Of a stretch of 64,000 nucleotides of DNA, positions 35,101 to 49,547 are shown one piece after another; within the stretch, counting starts at the first letter, position 1; each line of letters begins with the position of its first letter. Origin of the DNA: Macrostomum hystrix. Lineage: Eukaryota > Animalia > Platyhelminthes. Both the position numbers and the translations under genes were made by a program. The stretch is from positions 310,001 through 374,000 of the forward strand of contig CATNEN010000002.1 in NCBI GenBank assembly GCA_950097015.1, written 5' to 3'. The notes under the pieces were generated by a model. It was given only the letters and a program-made list of their open reading frames with translations. It was not told the origin of the DNA and did no database searches.

Positions 35101-38100
35101 AGTTGTTAGACATTGGAATCAGTTGTTAGACATTGGAATCAGTTGTTAGACATTAGAATCAGTTGTTAGACATTGGATTCAGTTGTTAGACATTAGAATC
35201 AGTTGTTAGACATTGGATTCAGTTGTTAGACATTGGAATCAGTTGTTAGACATTGGATTCAGTTGTTAGACATTGGAATCAGTTGTTAGACATTGGAATC
35301 AGTTGTTAGACATTGGAATCAGTTGTTAGACATTGGAATCAGTTGTTAGACATTGGATTCAGTTGTTAGACATTGGATTCAGTTGTTAGACATTGGAATC
35401 AGTTGTTAGACATTGGAATCAGTTGTTAGACATTGGAATCAGTTGTTAGACATTGGAATCAGTTGTTAGACATTGGATTCAGTTGTTAGACACTAGAATC
35501 ACATGTTAGACACTGCATGGAATCACCTGTTTGACACTAGAATCAGTTGTTCGACATTGGATTCAGTTGTTAGACATTGGAATCACCTGTTTGACACTAG
35601 AATCAGTTGTTCGACATTGGATTCAGTTGTTAGACATTGGATTCAGTTGTTAGACATTGGATTCAGTTGTTAGACATTGGATTCAGTTGTTAGACATTGG
35701 ATTCAGTTGTTAGACATTGGATTCAGTTGTTCGACATTGGATTCAGTTGTTAGACATTGGATTCAGTTGTTAGACATTGGAATCAGTTGTTAGACATTGG
35801 AATCAGTTGTTAGACATTGGAATCAGTTGTTAGACATTGGAATCAGTTGTTAGACATTGGATTCAGTTGTTAGACATTAGAATCAGTTGTTAGACATTGG
35901 ATTCAGTTGTTAGACATTGGAATCAGTTGTTAGACATTGGATTCAGTTGTTAGACATTGGAATCAGTTGTTAGACATTGGAATCAGTTGTTAGACATTGG
36001 AATCAGTTGTTAGACATTGGAATCAGTTGTTAGACATTGGGTTCAGTTGTTAGACATTGGATTCAGTTGTTAGACATTGGAATCAGTTGTTAGACATTGG
36101 AATCAGTTGTTAGACATTGGAATCAGTTGTTAGACATTGGAATCAGTTGTTAGACATTGGATTCAGTTGTTAGACACTAGAATCACATGTTAGACACTGC
36201 ATGGAATCACCTGTTTGACACTAGAATCAGTTGTTCGACATTGGATTCAGTTGTTAGACATTGGATTCAGTTGTTAGACATTGGAATCAGTTGTTAGACA
36301 TTGGAATCAGTTGTTAGACATTGGAATCAGTTGTTAGACATTAGAATCAGTTGTTAGACATTGGATTCAGTTGTTAGACATTAGAATCAGTTGTTAGACA
36401 TTGGATTCAGTTGTTAGACATTGGAATCAGTTGTTAGACATTGGATTCAGTTGTTAGACATTGGAATCAGTTGTTAGACATTGGAATCAGTTGTTAGACA
36501 TTGGAATCAGTTGTTAGACATTGGAATCAGTTGTTAGACATTGGATTCAGTTGTTAGACATTGGATTCAGTTGTTAGACATTGGAATCAGTTGTTAGACA
36601 TTGGAATCAGTTGTTAGACATTGGAATCAGTTGTTAGACATTGGAATCAGTTGTTAGACATTGGATTCAGTTGTTAGACACTAGAATCACATGTTAGACA
36701 TTGGATTCAGTTGTTAGACATTGGAATCAGTTGTTAGACATTGGAATCAGTTGTTAGACATTGGAATCAGTTGTTAGACATTAGAATCAGTTGTTAGACA
36801 TTGGATTCAGTTGTTAGACATTAGAATCAGTTGTTAGACATTGGATTCAGTTGTTAGACATTGGAATCAGTTGTTAGACATTGGATTCAGTTGTTAGACT
36901 TTGGAATCAGTTGTTAGACATTGGAATCAGTTGTTAGACATTGGAATCAGTTGTTAGACATTGGAATCAGTTGTTAGACATTGGATTCAGTTGTTAGACA
37001 TTGGATTCAGTTGTTAGACATTGGAATCAGTTGTTAGACATTGGAATCAGTTGTTAGACATTGGAATCAGTTGTTAGACATTGGAATCAGTTGTTAGACA
37101 TTGGATTCAGTTGTTAGACATTGGAATCAGTTGTTAGACATTGGAATCAGTTGTTAGACATTGGAATCAGTTGTTAGACATTAGAATCAGTTGTTAGACA
37201 TTGGATTCAGTTGTTAGACATTGGAATCAGTTGTTAGACATTGGATTCAGTTGTTAGACATTGGAATCAGTTGTTAGACATTGGAATCAGTTGTTAGACA
37301 TTGGAATCAGTTGTTAGACATTGGAATCAGTTGTTAGACATTGGATTCAGTTGTTAGACATTGGATTCAGTTGTTAGACATTGGAATCAGTTGTTAGACA
37401 TTGGAATCAGTTGTTAGACATTGGAATCAGTTGTTAGACATTGGAATCAGTTGTTAGACATTGGATTCAGTTGTTAGACACTAGAATCACATGTTAGACA
37501 TTGGATTCAGTTGTTAGACATTGGAATCAGTTGTTAGACATTGGATTCAGTTGTTAGACATTGGAATCAGTTGTTAGACATTAGAATCAGTTGTTAGACA
37601 TTGGATTCAGTTGTTAGACATTAGAATCAGTTGTTAGACATTGGATTCAGTTGTTAGACATTGGAATCAGTTGTTAGACATTGGATTCAGTTGTTAGACA
37701 TTGGAATCAGTTGTTAGACATTGGAATCAGTTGTTAGACATTGGAATCAGTTGTTAGACATTGGAATCAGTTGTTAGACATTGGATTCAGTTGTTAGACA
37801 TTGGATTCAGTTGTTAGACATTGGAATCAGTTGTTAGACATTGGAATCAGTTGTTAGACATTGGAATCAGTTGTTAGACATTGGAATCAGTTGTTAGACA
37901 TTGGATTCAGTTGTTAGACACTAGAATCACATGTTAGACACTGCATGGAATCACCTGTTTGACACTAGAATCAGTTGTTCGACATTGGATTCAGTTGTTA
38001 GACATTGGAATCAGTTGTTAGACATTGGAATCAGTTGTTAGACATTGGAATCAGTTGTTAGACATTGGAATCAGTTGTTAGACATTAGAATCAGTTGTTA

Positions 38101-41100
38101 GACATTGGATTCAGTTGTTAGACATTAGAATCAGTTGTTAGACATTGGATTCAGTTGTTAGACATTAGAATCAGTTGTTAGACATTGGATTCAGTTGTTA
38201 GACATTGGAATCAGTTGTTAGACATTGGAATCAGTTGTTAGACATTGGAATCAGTTGTTAGACATTGGATTCAGTTGTTAGACATTGGATTCAGTTGTTA
38301 GACATTGGAATCAGTTGTTAGACATTGGAATCAGTTGTTAGACATTGGAATCAGTTGTTAGACATTGGAATCAGTTGTTAGACATTGGATTCAGTTGTTA
38401 GACACTAGAATCACATGTTAGACACTGCATGGAATCACCTGTTTGACACTAGAATCAGTTGTTCGACATTGGATTCAGTTGTTAGACATTGGATTCAGTT
38501 GTTAGACATTGGAATCAGTTGTTAGACATTGGAATCAGTTGTTAGACATTGGAATCAGTTGTTAGACATTAGAATCAGTTGTTAGACATTGGATTCAGTT
38601 GTTAGACATTAGAATCAGTTGTTAGACATTGGATTCAGTTGTTAGACATTGGAATCAGTTGTTAGACATTGGAATCAGTTGTTAGACATTGGAATCAGTT
38701 GTTAGACATTGGATTCAGTTGTTAGACATTGGATTCAGTTGTTAGACATTGGATTCAGTTGTTAGACATTGGAATCAGTTGTTAGACATTGGAATCAGTT
38801 GTTAGACATTGGAATCAGTTGTTAGACATTGGAATCAGTTGTTAGACATTGGATTCAGTTGTTAGACATTGGATTCAGTTGTTAGACATTGGAATCAGTT
38901 GTTAGACATTGGAATCAGTTGTTAGACATTAGAATCAGTTGTTAGACATTGGATTCAGTTGTTAGACATTGGAATCAGTTGTTAGACATTGGAATCAGTT
39001 GTTAGACATTGGAATCAGTTGTTAGACATTGGAATCAGTTGTTAGACATTGGATTCAGTTGTTAGACATTGGATTCAGTTGTTAGACATTGGATTCAGTT
39101 GTTAGACATTGGATTCAGTTGTTAGACATTGGATTCAGTTGTTAGACATTGGAATCAGTTGTTAGACATTGGAATCAGTTGTTAGACATTGGATTCAGTT
39201 GTTAGACATTGGATTCAGTTGTTAGACATTGGAATCAGTTGTTAGACATTGGATTCAGTTGTTAGACATTAGAATCAGTTGTTAGACATTGGATTCAGTT
39301 GTTAGACATTGGAATCAGTTGTTAGACATTGGAATCAGTTGTTAGACATTGGAATCAGTTGTTAGACATTAGAATCAGTTGTTAGACATTGGATTCAGTT
39401 GTTAGACATTGGATTCAGTTGTTAGACATTGGAATCAGTTGTTAGACATTGGATTCAGTTGTTAGACACTAGAATCACATGTTAGACACTGCATGGAATC
39501 ACCTGTTTGACACTAGAATCAGTTGTTCGACATTGGATTCAGTTGTTAGACATTGGATTCAGTTGTTAGACATTGGAATCAGTTGTTAGACATTGGATTC
39601 AGTTGTTAGACATTAGAATCAGTTGTTAGACATTGGATTCAGTTGTTAGACATTGGAATCAGTTGTTAGACATTGGAATCAGTTGTTAGACATTGGAATC
39701 AGTTGTTAGACATTGGAATCAGTTGTTAGACATTGGATTCAGTTGTTAGACATTGGATTCAGTTGTTAGACATTGGAATCAGTTGTTAGACATTGGAATC
39801 AGTTGTTAGACATTGGAATCAGTTGTTAGACATTGGAATCAGTTGTTAGACGCGAGAATCAGTTGTTAGACGCGAGAATCAGTTGTTAGACATTGGAATC
39901 AGTTGTTAGACATTGGAATAAGTTGTTAGACACGGGAATCAGTTGTTAGACACTGGAATCACCTGTTTGACACTAGAATCAGTTGTTAGACATTGGAATC
40001 AGTTGTTAGACATTGGAATCAGTTGTTAGACATTGGATTCAGTTGTTAGACATTGGATTCAGTTGTTAGACATTGGATTCAGTTGTTAGACATTGGAATC
40101 AGTTGTTAGACGCGAGAATCAGTTGTTAGACATTGGAATCAGTTGTTAGACATTGGAATCAGTTGTTAGACATTGGAATCAGTTGTTAGACATTGGAATC
40201 AGTTGTTAGACATTGGAATCAGTTGTTAGACATTGGAATCAGTTGTTAGACATTGGAATCAGTTGTTAGACATTGGATTCAGTTGTTAGACATTGGAATC
40301 AGTTGTTAGACATTGGATTCAGTTGTTAGACATTGGATTCAGTTGTTAGACATTGGAATCAGTTGTTAGACATTGGAATCAGTTGTTAGACATTGGAATC
40401 AGTTGTTAGACACGGGAATCAGTTGTTACACATTGGAATCAGTTGTTAGACATTGGAATCAGTTGTTAGACATTGGATTCAGTTGTTAGACATTGGATTC
40501 AGTTGTTAGACATTGGAATCAGTTGTTAGACATTGGATTCAGTTGTTAGACACTAGAATCACATGTTAGACACTGCATGGAATCACCTGTTTGACACTAG
40601 AATCAGTTGTTCGACATTGGATTCAGTTGTTAGACATTGGAATCAGTTGTTAGACATTGGAATCAGTTGTTAGACGCGAGAATCAGTTGTTAGACGCGAG
40701 AATCAGTTGTTAGACATTGGAATCAGTTGTTAGACATTGGAATAAGTTGTTAGACACGGGAATCAGTTGTTAGACACTGGAATCACCTGTTTGACACTAG
40801 AATCAGTTGTTAGACATTGGATTCAGTTGTTAGACATTGGATTCAGTTGTTAGACATTGGAATCAGTTGTTAGACATTGGATTCAGTTGTTAGACATTAG
40901 AATCAGTTGTTAGACATTGGAATCAGTTGTTAGACATTAGAATCAGTTGTTAGACATTGGATTCAGTTGTTAGACATTGGAATCAGTTGTTAGACATTGG
41001 AATCAGTTGTTAGACATTGGAATCAGTTGTTAGACATTGGAATCAGTTGTTAGACATTGGATTCAGTTGTTAGACATTGGATTCAGTTGTTAGACATTGG

Positions 41101-42136
41101 AATCAGTTGTTAGACATTGGAATCAGTTGTTAGACATTGGAATCAGTTGTTAGACATTGGAATCAGTTGTTAGACGCGAGAATCAGTTGTTAGACGCGAG
41201 AATCAGTTGTTAGACATTGGAATCAGTTGTTAGACATTGGAATAAGTTGTTAGACACGGGAATCAGTTGTTAGACACTGGAATCACCTGTTTGACACTAG
41301 AATCAGTTGTTAGACATTGGAATCAGTTGTTAGACATTGGAATCAGTTGTTAGACATTGGATTCAGTTGTTAGACATTGGATTCAGTTGTTAGACATTGG
41401 ATTCAGTTGTTAGACATTGGAATCAGTTGTTAGACGCGAGAATCAGTTGTTAGACATTGGAATCAGTTGTTAGACATTGGAATCAGTTGTTAGACATTGG
41501 AATCAGTTGTTAGACATTGGAATCAGTTGTTAGACATTGGAATCAGTTGTTAGACATTGGAATCAGTTGTTAGACATTGGAATCAGTTGTTAGACATTGG
41601 ATTCAGTTGTTAGACATTGGAATCAGTTGTTAGACATTGGATTCAGTTGTTAGACATTGGATTCAGTTGTTAGACATTGGAATCAGTTGTTAGACATTGG
41701 AATCAGTTGTTAGACATTGGAATCAGTTGTTAGACACGGGAATCAGTTGTTAGACATTGGAATCAGTTGTTAGACATTGGAATCAGTTGTTAGACATTGG
41801 AATCAGTTGTTAGACACTGGAATCAGTTGTTAGACATTGGAATAAGTTGTTAGACACGGGAATCAGTTGTTAGACATTGGAATCAGTTGTTAGACACGGG
41901 AATCAGTTGTTAGACACGGGAATCAGTTGTTAGACACGGGAATCAGTTGTTAGACACGGGAATCAGTTTTTAGACATTGGAATCAGTTGTTAGACATTGG
42001 AATCAGTTGTTAGACATTGGATTCAGTTGTTAGACATTGGATTCAGTTGTTAGACATTGGAATCAGTTGTTAGACACGGGAATCAGTTGTTAGACACGGG
42101 AATCAGTTGTTAGACGCGGGAATCATTTTTTAGACA
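23194..42136. repeat. About 19-kb satellite of 20-bp monomers (about 945 units) with higher-order structure
   Basis: Consensus TGTTAGACATTGGA(A/T)TCAGT. Variants include CACTAGAATCACA, a 24-bp CACTGCATGGAATC unit, and CGCGAG and CACGGG toward the right end. Confidence 0.99.
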
Positions 42137-43074
42137 CAATTTTTTTAGATACTATACTAGAATCAATATTATCCACTATATGATCAGTAATATAGATTCG
42201 CTTTTTTACTTTTACAGTTACATCGAGTTAATTAAAAATCATTCAACAATTGTTTAGCCGTAGTTCGCACCACGTGTAGGATCTTCCTTTATTCATTATT
42301 TTTAGTTTTGCCAGTAGCCTGATGGTTTTTGAGAGAAATAAGTTAATAAACGGAGATGCTGACCAAAAAGGGACGAAATGGCCACAATGTCACGCAGGAG
42401 TCATGAAAATAAAACTAATATATCAGTTCCCAGACTAAAGCAGAGCTGCAGTGGATAGCTGTGACACACGATACAAGCCACCTAGCTTGGTCTTTCACAC
42501 CGAACTTTCAGCAAAAAATTGTAAAGCATGTGAAAACTTCAACGCGTCGATATAGGGACTGAAAATTTTCAACTTTGCGCTTTTTTGTCAACCGATGAAA
42601 GCATCACAATGTCTGGCATTGTGGAAAAAAAATTAATCTTTTTCTGAAGTGCGCAATGTAGTTCTGTTTGCGTGCATGAAGTTAATCTCCAGGGGTCACG
42701 ACATTGCCGAAATGGCTCCTCAGTTAAACATAACATTGTCGGTAATGAATATTTAAAAAGGAATAGTTTTTTGTTTAAACTAGTGAAAAATACTGCCTTC
42801 CACCATGACTAGCATTTGAGAGAAGGGCAAACAGAATAAAATTATTGATAAATGATATCAACAGGCAACTGTTGCTGTAAATTATATCAATGGGAACAAT
42901 TAAATGCGCTTGACCCCTTGAGCAGTGCTCTGTTAGACGTTTAGAAACAGAAAGAAATTCTATAATAAGCCTAAAATTGTCATTATCAACAAAAACATTG
43001 CAAACAAATTTTAATATGCTTAGAACCACAATGGGATAGGATTTAAATTTTGTGTCTTGTGTTCCAATTCCTGT

Positions 43075-44780
43075 TTTCTAACAGAAACCCTTTCTGTCTA
43101 ACAGAAATCCTTTCTGTCTAACAGGAATCCTTTCTGTCTAACAAGAATCCTTTCAGTCTTACAGAAATCCTTTCTGTCTAACAGGAATCCTTTCTGTCTA
43201 ACAAGAATCCTTTCAGTCTTACAGAAATCCTTTCTGTCTAACAGGAATCCTTTCTGTCTAACAGGAATCCTTTCTGTCTAACAGGAATCCTTTCTGTCTA
43301 ACAAGAATCCTTTCTGTCTAACAAGAATCCTTTCTGTCTAACAAGAATCCTTTCTGTCTAACAGGAATCCTTTCTGTCTAACAGGAATCCCTTCTGTCTA
43401 ACAAGAATCCTTTCTGTCTAACAAGAATCCCTTCTGTCTAACAAGAATCCTTTCTGTCTAACAAGAATCCTTTCTGTCTAACAAGAATCCCTTCTGTCTA
43501 ACAAGAATCCTTTCTGTCTAACAGGAATCCTTTCTGTCTAACAAGAATCCCTTCTGTCTAACAAGAATCCCTTCTGTCTAACAAGAATCCTTTCTGTCTA
43601 ACAAGAATCCCTTCTGTCTAACAAGAATCCCTTCTGTCTAACAAGAATCCTTTCTGTCTAACAAGAATCCCTTCTGTCTAACAAGAATCCTTTCTGTCTA
43701 ACAAGAATCCTTTCTGTCTAACAAGAATCCTTTCTGTCTAACAAGAATCCCTTCTGTCTAACAAGAATCCTTTCTGTCTAACAAGAATCCTTTCTGTCTA
43801 ACAAGAATCCCTTCTGTCTAACAAGAATCCTTTCTGTCTAACAGGAATCCTTTCTGTCTAACAAGAATCCCTTCTGTCTAACAAGAATCCTTTCTGTCTA
43901 ACAAGAATCCTTTCTGTCTAACAAGAATCCCTTCTGTCTAACAAGAATCCTTTCTGTCTAACAAGAATCCTTTCTGTCTAACAAGAATCCTTTCTGTCTA
44001 ACAAGAATCCCTTCTGTCTAACAAGAATCCTTTCTGTCTAACAAGAATCCCTTCTGTCTAACAAGAATCCTTTCTGTCTAACAAGAATCCTTTCTGTCTA
44101 ACAAGAATCCTTTCTGTCTAACAAGAATCCTTTCTGTCTAACAAGAATCCTTTCTGTCTAACAAGAATCCCTTCTGTCTAACAAGAATCCTTTCTGTCTA
44201 ACAAGAATCCCTTCTGTCTAACAAGAATCCTTTCTGTCTAACAAGAATCCCTTCTGTCTAACAAGAATCCTTTCTGTCTAACAAGAATCCTTTCTGTCTA
44301 ACAAGAATCCTTTCTGTCTAACAAGAATCCTTTCTGTCTAACAAGAATCCTTTCTGTCTAACAAGAATCCCTTCTGTCTAACAAGAATCCTTTCTGTCTA
44401 ACAGGAATCCTTTCTGTCTAACAAGAATCCCTTCTGTCTAACAAGAATCCTTTCTGTCTAACAAGAATCCTTTCTGTCTAACAAGAATCCCTTCTGTCTA
44501 ACAAGAATCCTTTCTGTCTAACAAGAATCCTTTCTGTCTAACAAGAATCCTTTCTGTCTAACAAGAATCCCTTCTGTCTAACAAGAATCCTTTCTGTCTA
44601 ACAAGAATCCCTTCTGTCTAACAAGAATCCTTTCTGTCTAACAAGAATCCTTTCTGTCTAACAAGAATCCTTTCTGTCTAACAAGAATCCTTTCTGTCTA
44701 ACAAGAATCCTTTCTGTCTAACAAGAATCCTTTCTGTCTAACAAGAATCCTTTCAGTCTAACAAGAATCCTTTCTGTCCA
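43075..44780. repeat. 20-bp satellite (about 85 units), related to and inverted against the 23-42 kb array
   Basis: Unit ACAAGAATCC(T/C)TTCTGTCTA; reverse complement TGTTAGACAGAAAGGATTCT. Confidence 0.97.
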
Positions 44781-44854
44781 AGACGATTCTGAAGTTTAAA
44801 AGCTAAAACTGTCTATGAAAATAAGAGATAAACCGAATTTGCAGATGCACTCAC

Positions 44855-44965
44855 CATCATCATGTGGACTGTAATTGTACAACTGCTCATCTAAGAACTC
44901 ATTGCGGCCACTGTGCATTATCTTGGCAGCTCTATCATCAATAGATTGCAGATTGTATTTTGTAG
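44855..44965 (-). CDS. Putative internal exon (phase 1-1, 111 nt): TKYNLQSIDDRAAKIMHSGRNEFLDEQLYNYSPHDD
   Basis: Acceptor cttcttcgctttgtatactcag, donor G|gtgagt and an open frame. Phase is compatible with the exon at 22308. Confidence 0.6.
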
Positions 44966-45177
44966 CTGAGTATACAAAGCGAAGAAGTTATTTAAAATAA
45001 ATAAATTAACATTAAACTCTGGTCTTGTCTGCGATAAAACGGACCAATCGGAAGCGGCCTTTCGCTCCACCTACCCACCTCCCGTTTCAGTCATCCTGCA
45101 GCGGTCCTGAACAGTGCATGAGCTAATTAATTATTGGCAGTCTGTTGATGACAGCGCAAACTAATGAAGAAACTAAC

Positions 45178-45252
45178 CCGGTGGGCCTTGTCGCGCTAAT
45201 GACGTTCGCACTGAAACATTCCTCAGCACTAACTGCACGGGCTGGCGTGGCC
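45178..45252 (-). CDS. Putative internal exon (phase 1-1, 75 nt): PRQPVQLVLRNVSVRTSLARQGPP
   Basis: Acceptor attaattttcag, donor G|gttagt, open and in frame with the 44965 exon. It could be non-coding if this is a 5' exon. Confidence 0.4.
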
Positions 45253-45405
45253 CTGAAAATTAATCTCGAAGTTTTTCTCGAAGCACTGTCACAGCTTACA
45301 GTAAGAAAAACTAATGGATTTACAGTTTTACAAGGGTTCCTAAATTTTATATTCAATACCTTTGTGCCCCACCGTGCGTGTTACTTGCGGTCTGCTTTTA
45401 ACTGC

Positions 45406-45413
45406 CTTTTATA
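45406..45413 (-). promoter_or_regulatory. TATA-box candidate TATAAAAG
   Basis: Exact consensus on the minus strand, followed about 45 nt later by a donor-like AAG|gtattg. Confidence 0.35.
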
Positions 45414-45429
45414 TCCCGGACTATATTCA

Positions 45430-48400
45430 CTCTATCTCAGCCCGTTCCATCCTCTCACCCTATCCCATCCTCTCAGCCCATTCCATCCTCTCATCCCATT
45501 CCATCCTCTCACCCCATTCCATCCTCTCACCCTATCCCATCCTCTCACCCCATTCCATCCTCTCACCCCATTCCATCCTCTCACCCCATTCCATCCTCTC
45601 ACCCCATTCCATCCTCTCACCCCATTCCATCCTCTCGCCCTATCCCATCCTCTCACCCCATTCCATCCTCTCACCCCATTCCATCCTCTCACCCCATTCC
45701 ATCCTCTCACCCCATTCCATCCTCTCACCCTATCCCATCCTCTCACCCCATTCCATCCTCTCACCCCATTCCATCCTCTCAGCCCATTCCATCCTCTCAC
45801 CCTATCCCATCCTCTCGCCCTATCCCATCCTCTCACCCCATTCCATCCTCTCACCCCATTCCATCCTCTCACCCCATTCCATCCTCTCACCCCATTCCAT
45901 CCTCTCACCCTATCCCATCCTCTCACCTATTCCATCCTCTCACCCCATTCCATCCTCTCAGCCCATTCCATCCTCTCACCCTATCCCATCCTCTCACCCT
46001 ATCCCATCCTCTCACCCCATTCCATCCTCTCACCCCATTCCATCCTCTCATCCCATTCCATCCTCTCACCCTATCCCATCCTCTCACCCCATTCCATCCT
46101 CTCACCCCATTCCATCCTCTCACCCCATTCCATCCTCTCACCCCATTCCATCCTCTCATCCCATTCCATCCTCTCACCCCATTCCATCCTCTCACCCCAT
46201 TCCATCCTCTCACCCCATTCCATCCTCTCACCCCATTCCATCCTCTCACCCCATTCCATCCTCTCACCCCATTCCATCCTCTGACCCCATTCCATCCTCT
46301 CACCCCATTCCATCCTCTCACCCCATTCCATCATCTCATCCCATTCCATCCTCTCACCCCATTCCATCCTCTCACCCCATTCCATCCTCTCACCCCATTC
46401 CATCCTCTCACCCTATCCCATCCTCTTACCCTATCCCATCCTCTCACCCAATCCCATCCTCTCATCCCATTCCATCCTCTCACCCCATTCCATCCTCTCA
46501 CCCCATTCCATCCTCTCACCCCATTCCATCCTCTCACCCCATTCCATCCTCTCACCCCATTCCATCCTCTCACCCCATTCCATCCTCTCACCCCATTCCA
46601 TCCTCTCACCCTATCCCATCCTCTCATCCCATTCCATCCTCTCACCCCATTCCATCCTCTGACCCCATTCCATCCTCTCACCCCATTCCATCCTCTCACC
46701 CCATTCCATCATCTCATCCCATTCCATCCTCTCACCCCATTCCATCCTCTGACCCCATTCCATCCTCTCACCCCATTCCATCCTCTCACCCTATCCCATC
46801 CTCTCACCCTATCCCATCCTCTCACCCAATCCCATCCTCTCATCCCATTCCATCCTCTCACCCCATTCCATCCTCTCACCCCATTCCATCCTCTCACCCC
46901 ATTCCATCCTCTCATCCCATTCCATCCTCTCACCCCATTCCATCCTCTCACCCCATTCCATCCTCTCACCCCATTCCATCCTCTCACCCCATTCCATCCT
47001 CTCACCCCATTCCATCCTCTCACCCTATCCCATCCTCTCACCCCATTCCATCCTCTCACCCTATCCCATCCTCTCATCCCATTCCATCCTCTCACCCCAT
47101 TCCATCCTCTCACCCCATTCCATCCTCTCACCCCATTCCATCCTCTCATCCCATTCCATCCTCTCACCCCATTCCATCCTCTCACCCCAATCCATCCTCT
47201 CAGCCCATTCCATCCTCTCACCCCATTCCATCCTCTCATCCCATTCCATCCTCTCACCCTATCCCATCCTCTCATCCCATTCCATCCTCTCATCCCATTC
47301 CATCCTCTCACCCTATCCCATCCTCTCATCCCATTCCATCCTCTCACCCCATTCCATCCTCTCAGCCCATTCCATCCTCTCATCCCATTCCATCCTCTCA
47401 CCCCATTCCATCCTCTCACCCCATTCCATCCTCTCAGCCCATTCCATCCTCTCACCCCATTCCATCCTCTCACCCTATCCCATCCTCTCACCCCATTCCA
47501 TCCTCTCACCCCATTCCATCCTCTCACCCCATTCCATCCTCTCACCCCATTCCATCCTCTCATCCCATTCCATCCTCTCACCCCATTCCATCCTCTCACC
47601 CCATTCCATCCTCTCACCCCATTCCATCCTCTCATCCCATTCCATCCTCTCACCCCATTCCATCCTCTCACCCCATTCCATCCTCTCACCCCATTCCATC
47701 CTCTCACCCCATTCCATCCTCTCACCCCATTCCATCCTCTCACCCCATTCCATCCTCTCACCCCATTCCATCCTCTCACCCCATTCCATCCTCTCACCCC
47801 ATTCCATCCTCTCACCCCATTCCATCCTCTCACCCCATTCCATCCTCTCACCCTATCCCATCCTCTCACCCTATCCCATCCTCTCACCCCATTCCATCCT
47901 CTCACCCCATTCCATCCTCTCACCCTATCCCATCCTCTCATCCCATTCCATCCTCTCAGCCCATTCCATCCTCTCATCCCATTCCATCCTCTCATCCCAT
48001 TCCATCCTCTCACCCCATTCCATCCTCTCACCCCATTCCATCCTCTCACCCCATTCCATCCTCTCACCCCATTCCATCATCTCATCCCATTCCATCCTCT
48101 CACCCCATTCCATCCTCTCACCCCATTCCATCCTCTCACCCCATTCCATCCTCTCACCCTATCCCATCCTCTCATCCCATTCCATCCTCTCAGCCCATTC
48201 CATCCTCTCATCCCATTCCATCCTCTCATCCCATTCCATCCTCTCATCCCATTCCATCCTCTCATCCCATTCCATCCTCTCACCCCATTCCATCCTCTCA
48301 CCCTATCCCATCCTCTTATCCCATTCCATCCTCTCATCCCATTCCATCCTCTCACCCTATCCCATCCTCTCATCCCATTCCATCCTCTCACCCCATTCCA

Positions 48401-49028
48401 TCCTCTCAGCCCATTCCATCCTCTCACCCCATTCCATCCTCTCAGCCCATTCCATCCTCTCATCCCATTCCATCCTCTCAGCCCATTCCATCCTCTCATC
48501 CCATTCCATCCTCTCATCCCATTCCATCCTCTCACCCCATTCCATCCTCTCATCCCATTCCATCCTCTCACCCCATTCCATCCTCTCACCCCATTCCATC
48601 CTCTCACCCCATTCCATCCTCTCACCCCATTCCATCCTCTCACCCCATTCCATCCTCTCACCCCATTCCATCCTCTCACCCCATTCCATCCTCTCACCCC
48701 ATTCCATCCTCTCACCCCATTCCATCCTCTCATCCCATTCCATCCTCTCACCCCATTCCATCCTCTCACTCCATTCCATCCTCTCACCCCATTCCATCCT
48801 CTCACCCCATTCCATCCTCTCAGCCCATTCCATCCTCTCATCCCATTCCATCCTCTCAGCCCATTCCATCCTCTCATCACATTCCATCCTCTCATCCCAT
48901 TCCATCCTCTCAGCCCATTCCATCCTCTCATCCCATTCCATCCTCTCACCCCATTCCATCCTCTCAGCCCATTCCATCCTCTCATCCCATTCCATCCTCT
49001 CATCCCATTCCATCCTCTCACCCCATTC
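45430..49028. repeat. 18-bp C-rich minisatellite (about 200 units)
   Basis: Unit CCCATTCCATCCTCTCAC, with CCTATCCC, AGCCC and ATCCC variants. Confidence 0.98.
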
Positions 49029-49547
49029 TATTATCGCATCCCACTGTATCCTTTCACTCATTCTACGCTCACCCAATATATTATCCCATTTGTTTCTCTC
49101 CCTCGCTAAAATCCCACCTTTCACCTCGCATCTTTTTAATTTATTGTAAATTTATTTTTCTTTATTTATTCCTCAGTCTTAAATAATTTTTTCACAGTTA
49201 AATTTTCATTGTAGACAAACAATTCCTGCAAAGCTAATAAATTCCTTCTAAACTCATGGCTTCCCCATGACTGCTCATAAATCTTAAGCCCCACAACTCA
49301 TGAGGCCTGGTGTTTTGCTTTAGCTGCCGTTTCTCATTATGTGCCAGTTTCTCATTGTATGCCAGTTTGTTGGTCGAGTAGATCTTTGTAGACATCCGGG
49401 TTAGTTGGCCAGCCAACCCTGATACTCATGGCTATTGAGAAGTGCGGGAAATGCTTGAGAAAATTGTACTTTTAGGTCACTACAATTGTGCATTTCATAA
49501 TGTACTTAATGTGCATCGCATGTACAATCTATCAATCGCAAAAATAC

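Noticed and set aside
23194-42136. CRISPR array or coding repeat
   Set aside because: Monomers are contiguous with no unique spacers, there are no cas genes, the context is eukaryotic, and no long ORF exists.
42775-43029. 84-aa ORF in the spacer between the inverted satellites (possible transposase remnant)
   Set aside because: No catalytic or DNA-binding motif is recognisable by eye.
49234-49418. Phase-1 acceptor plus ORF (LAGQLTRMSTKIYST..EGIY*) as an extra exon of the adaptor gene
   Set aside because: No convincing donor, AT-rich composition, and part of it is a 21-bp local duplication.
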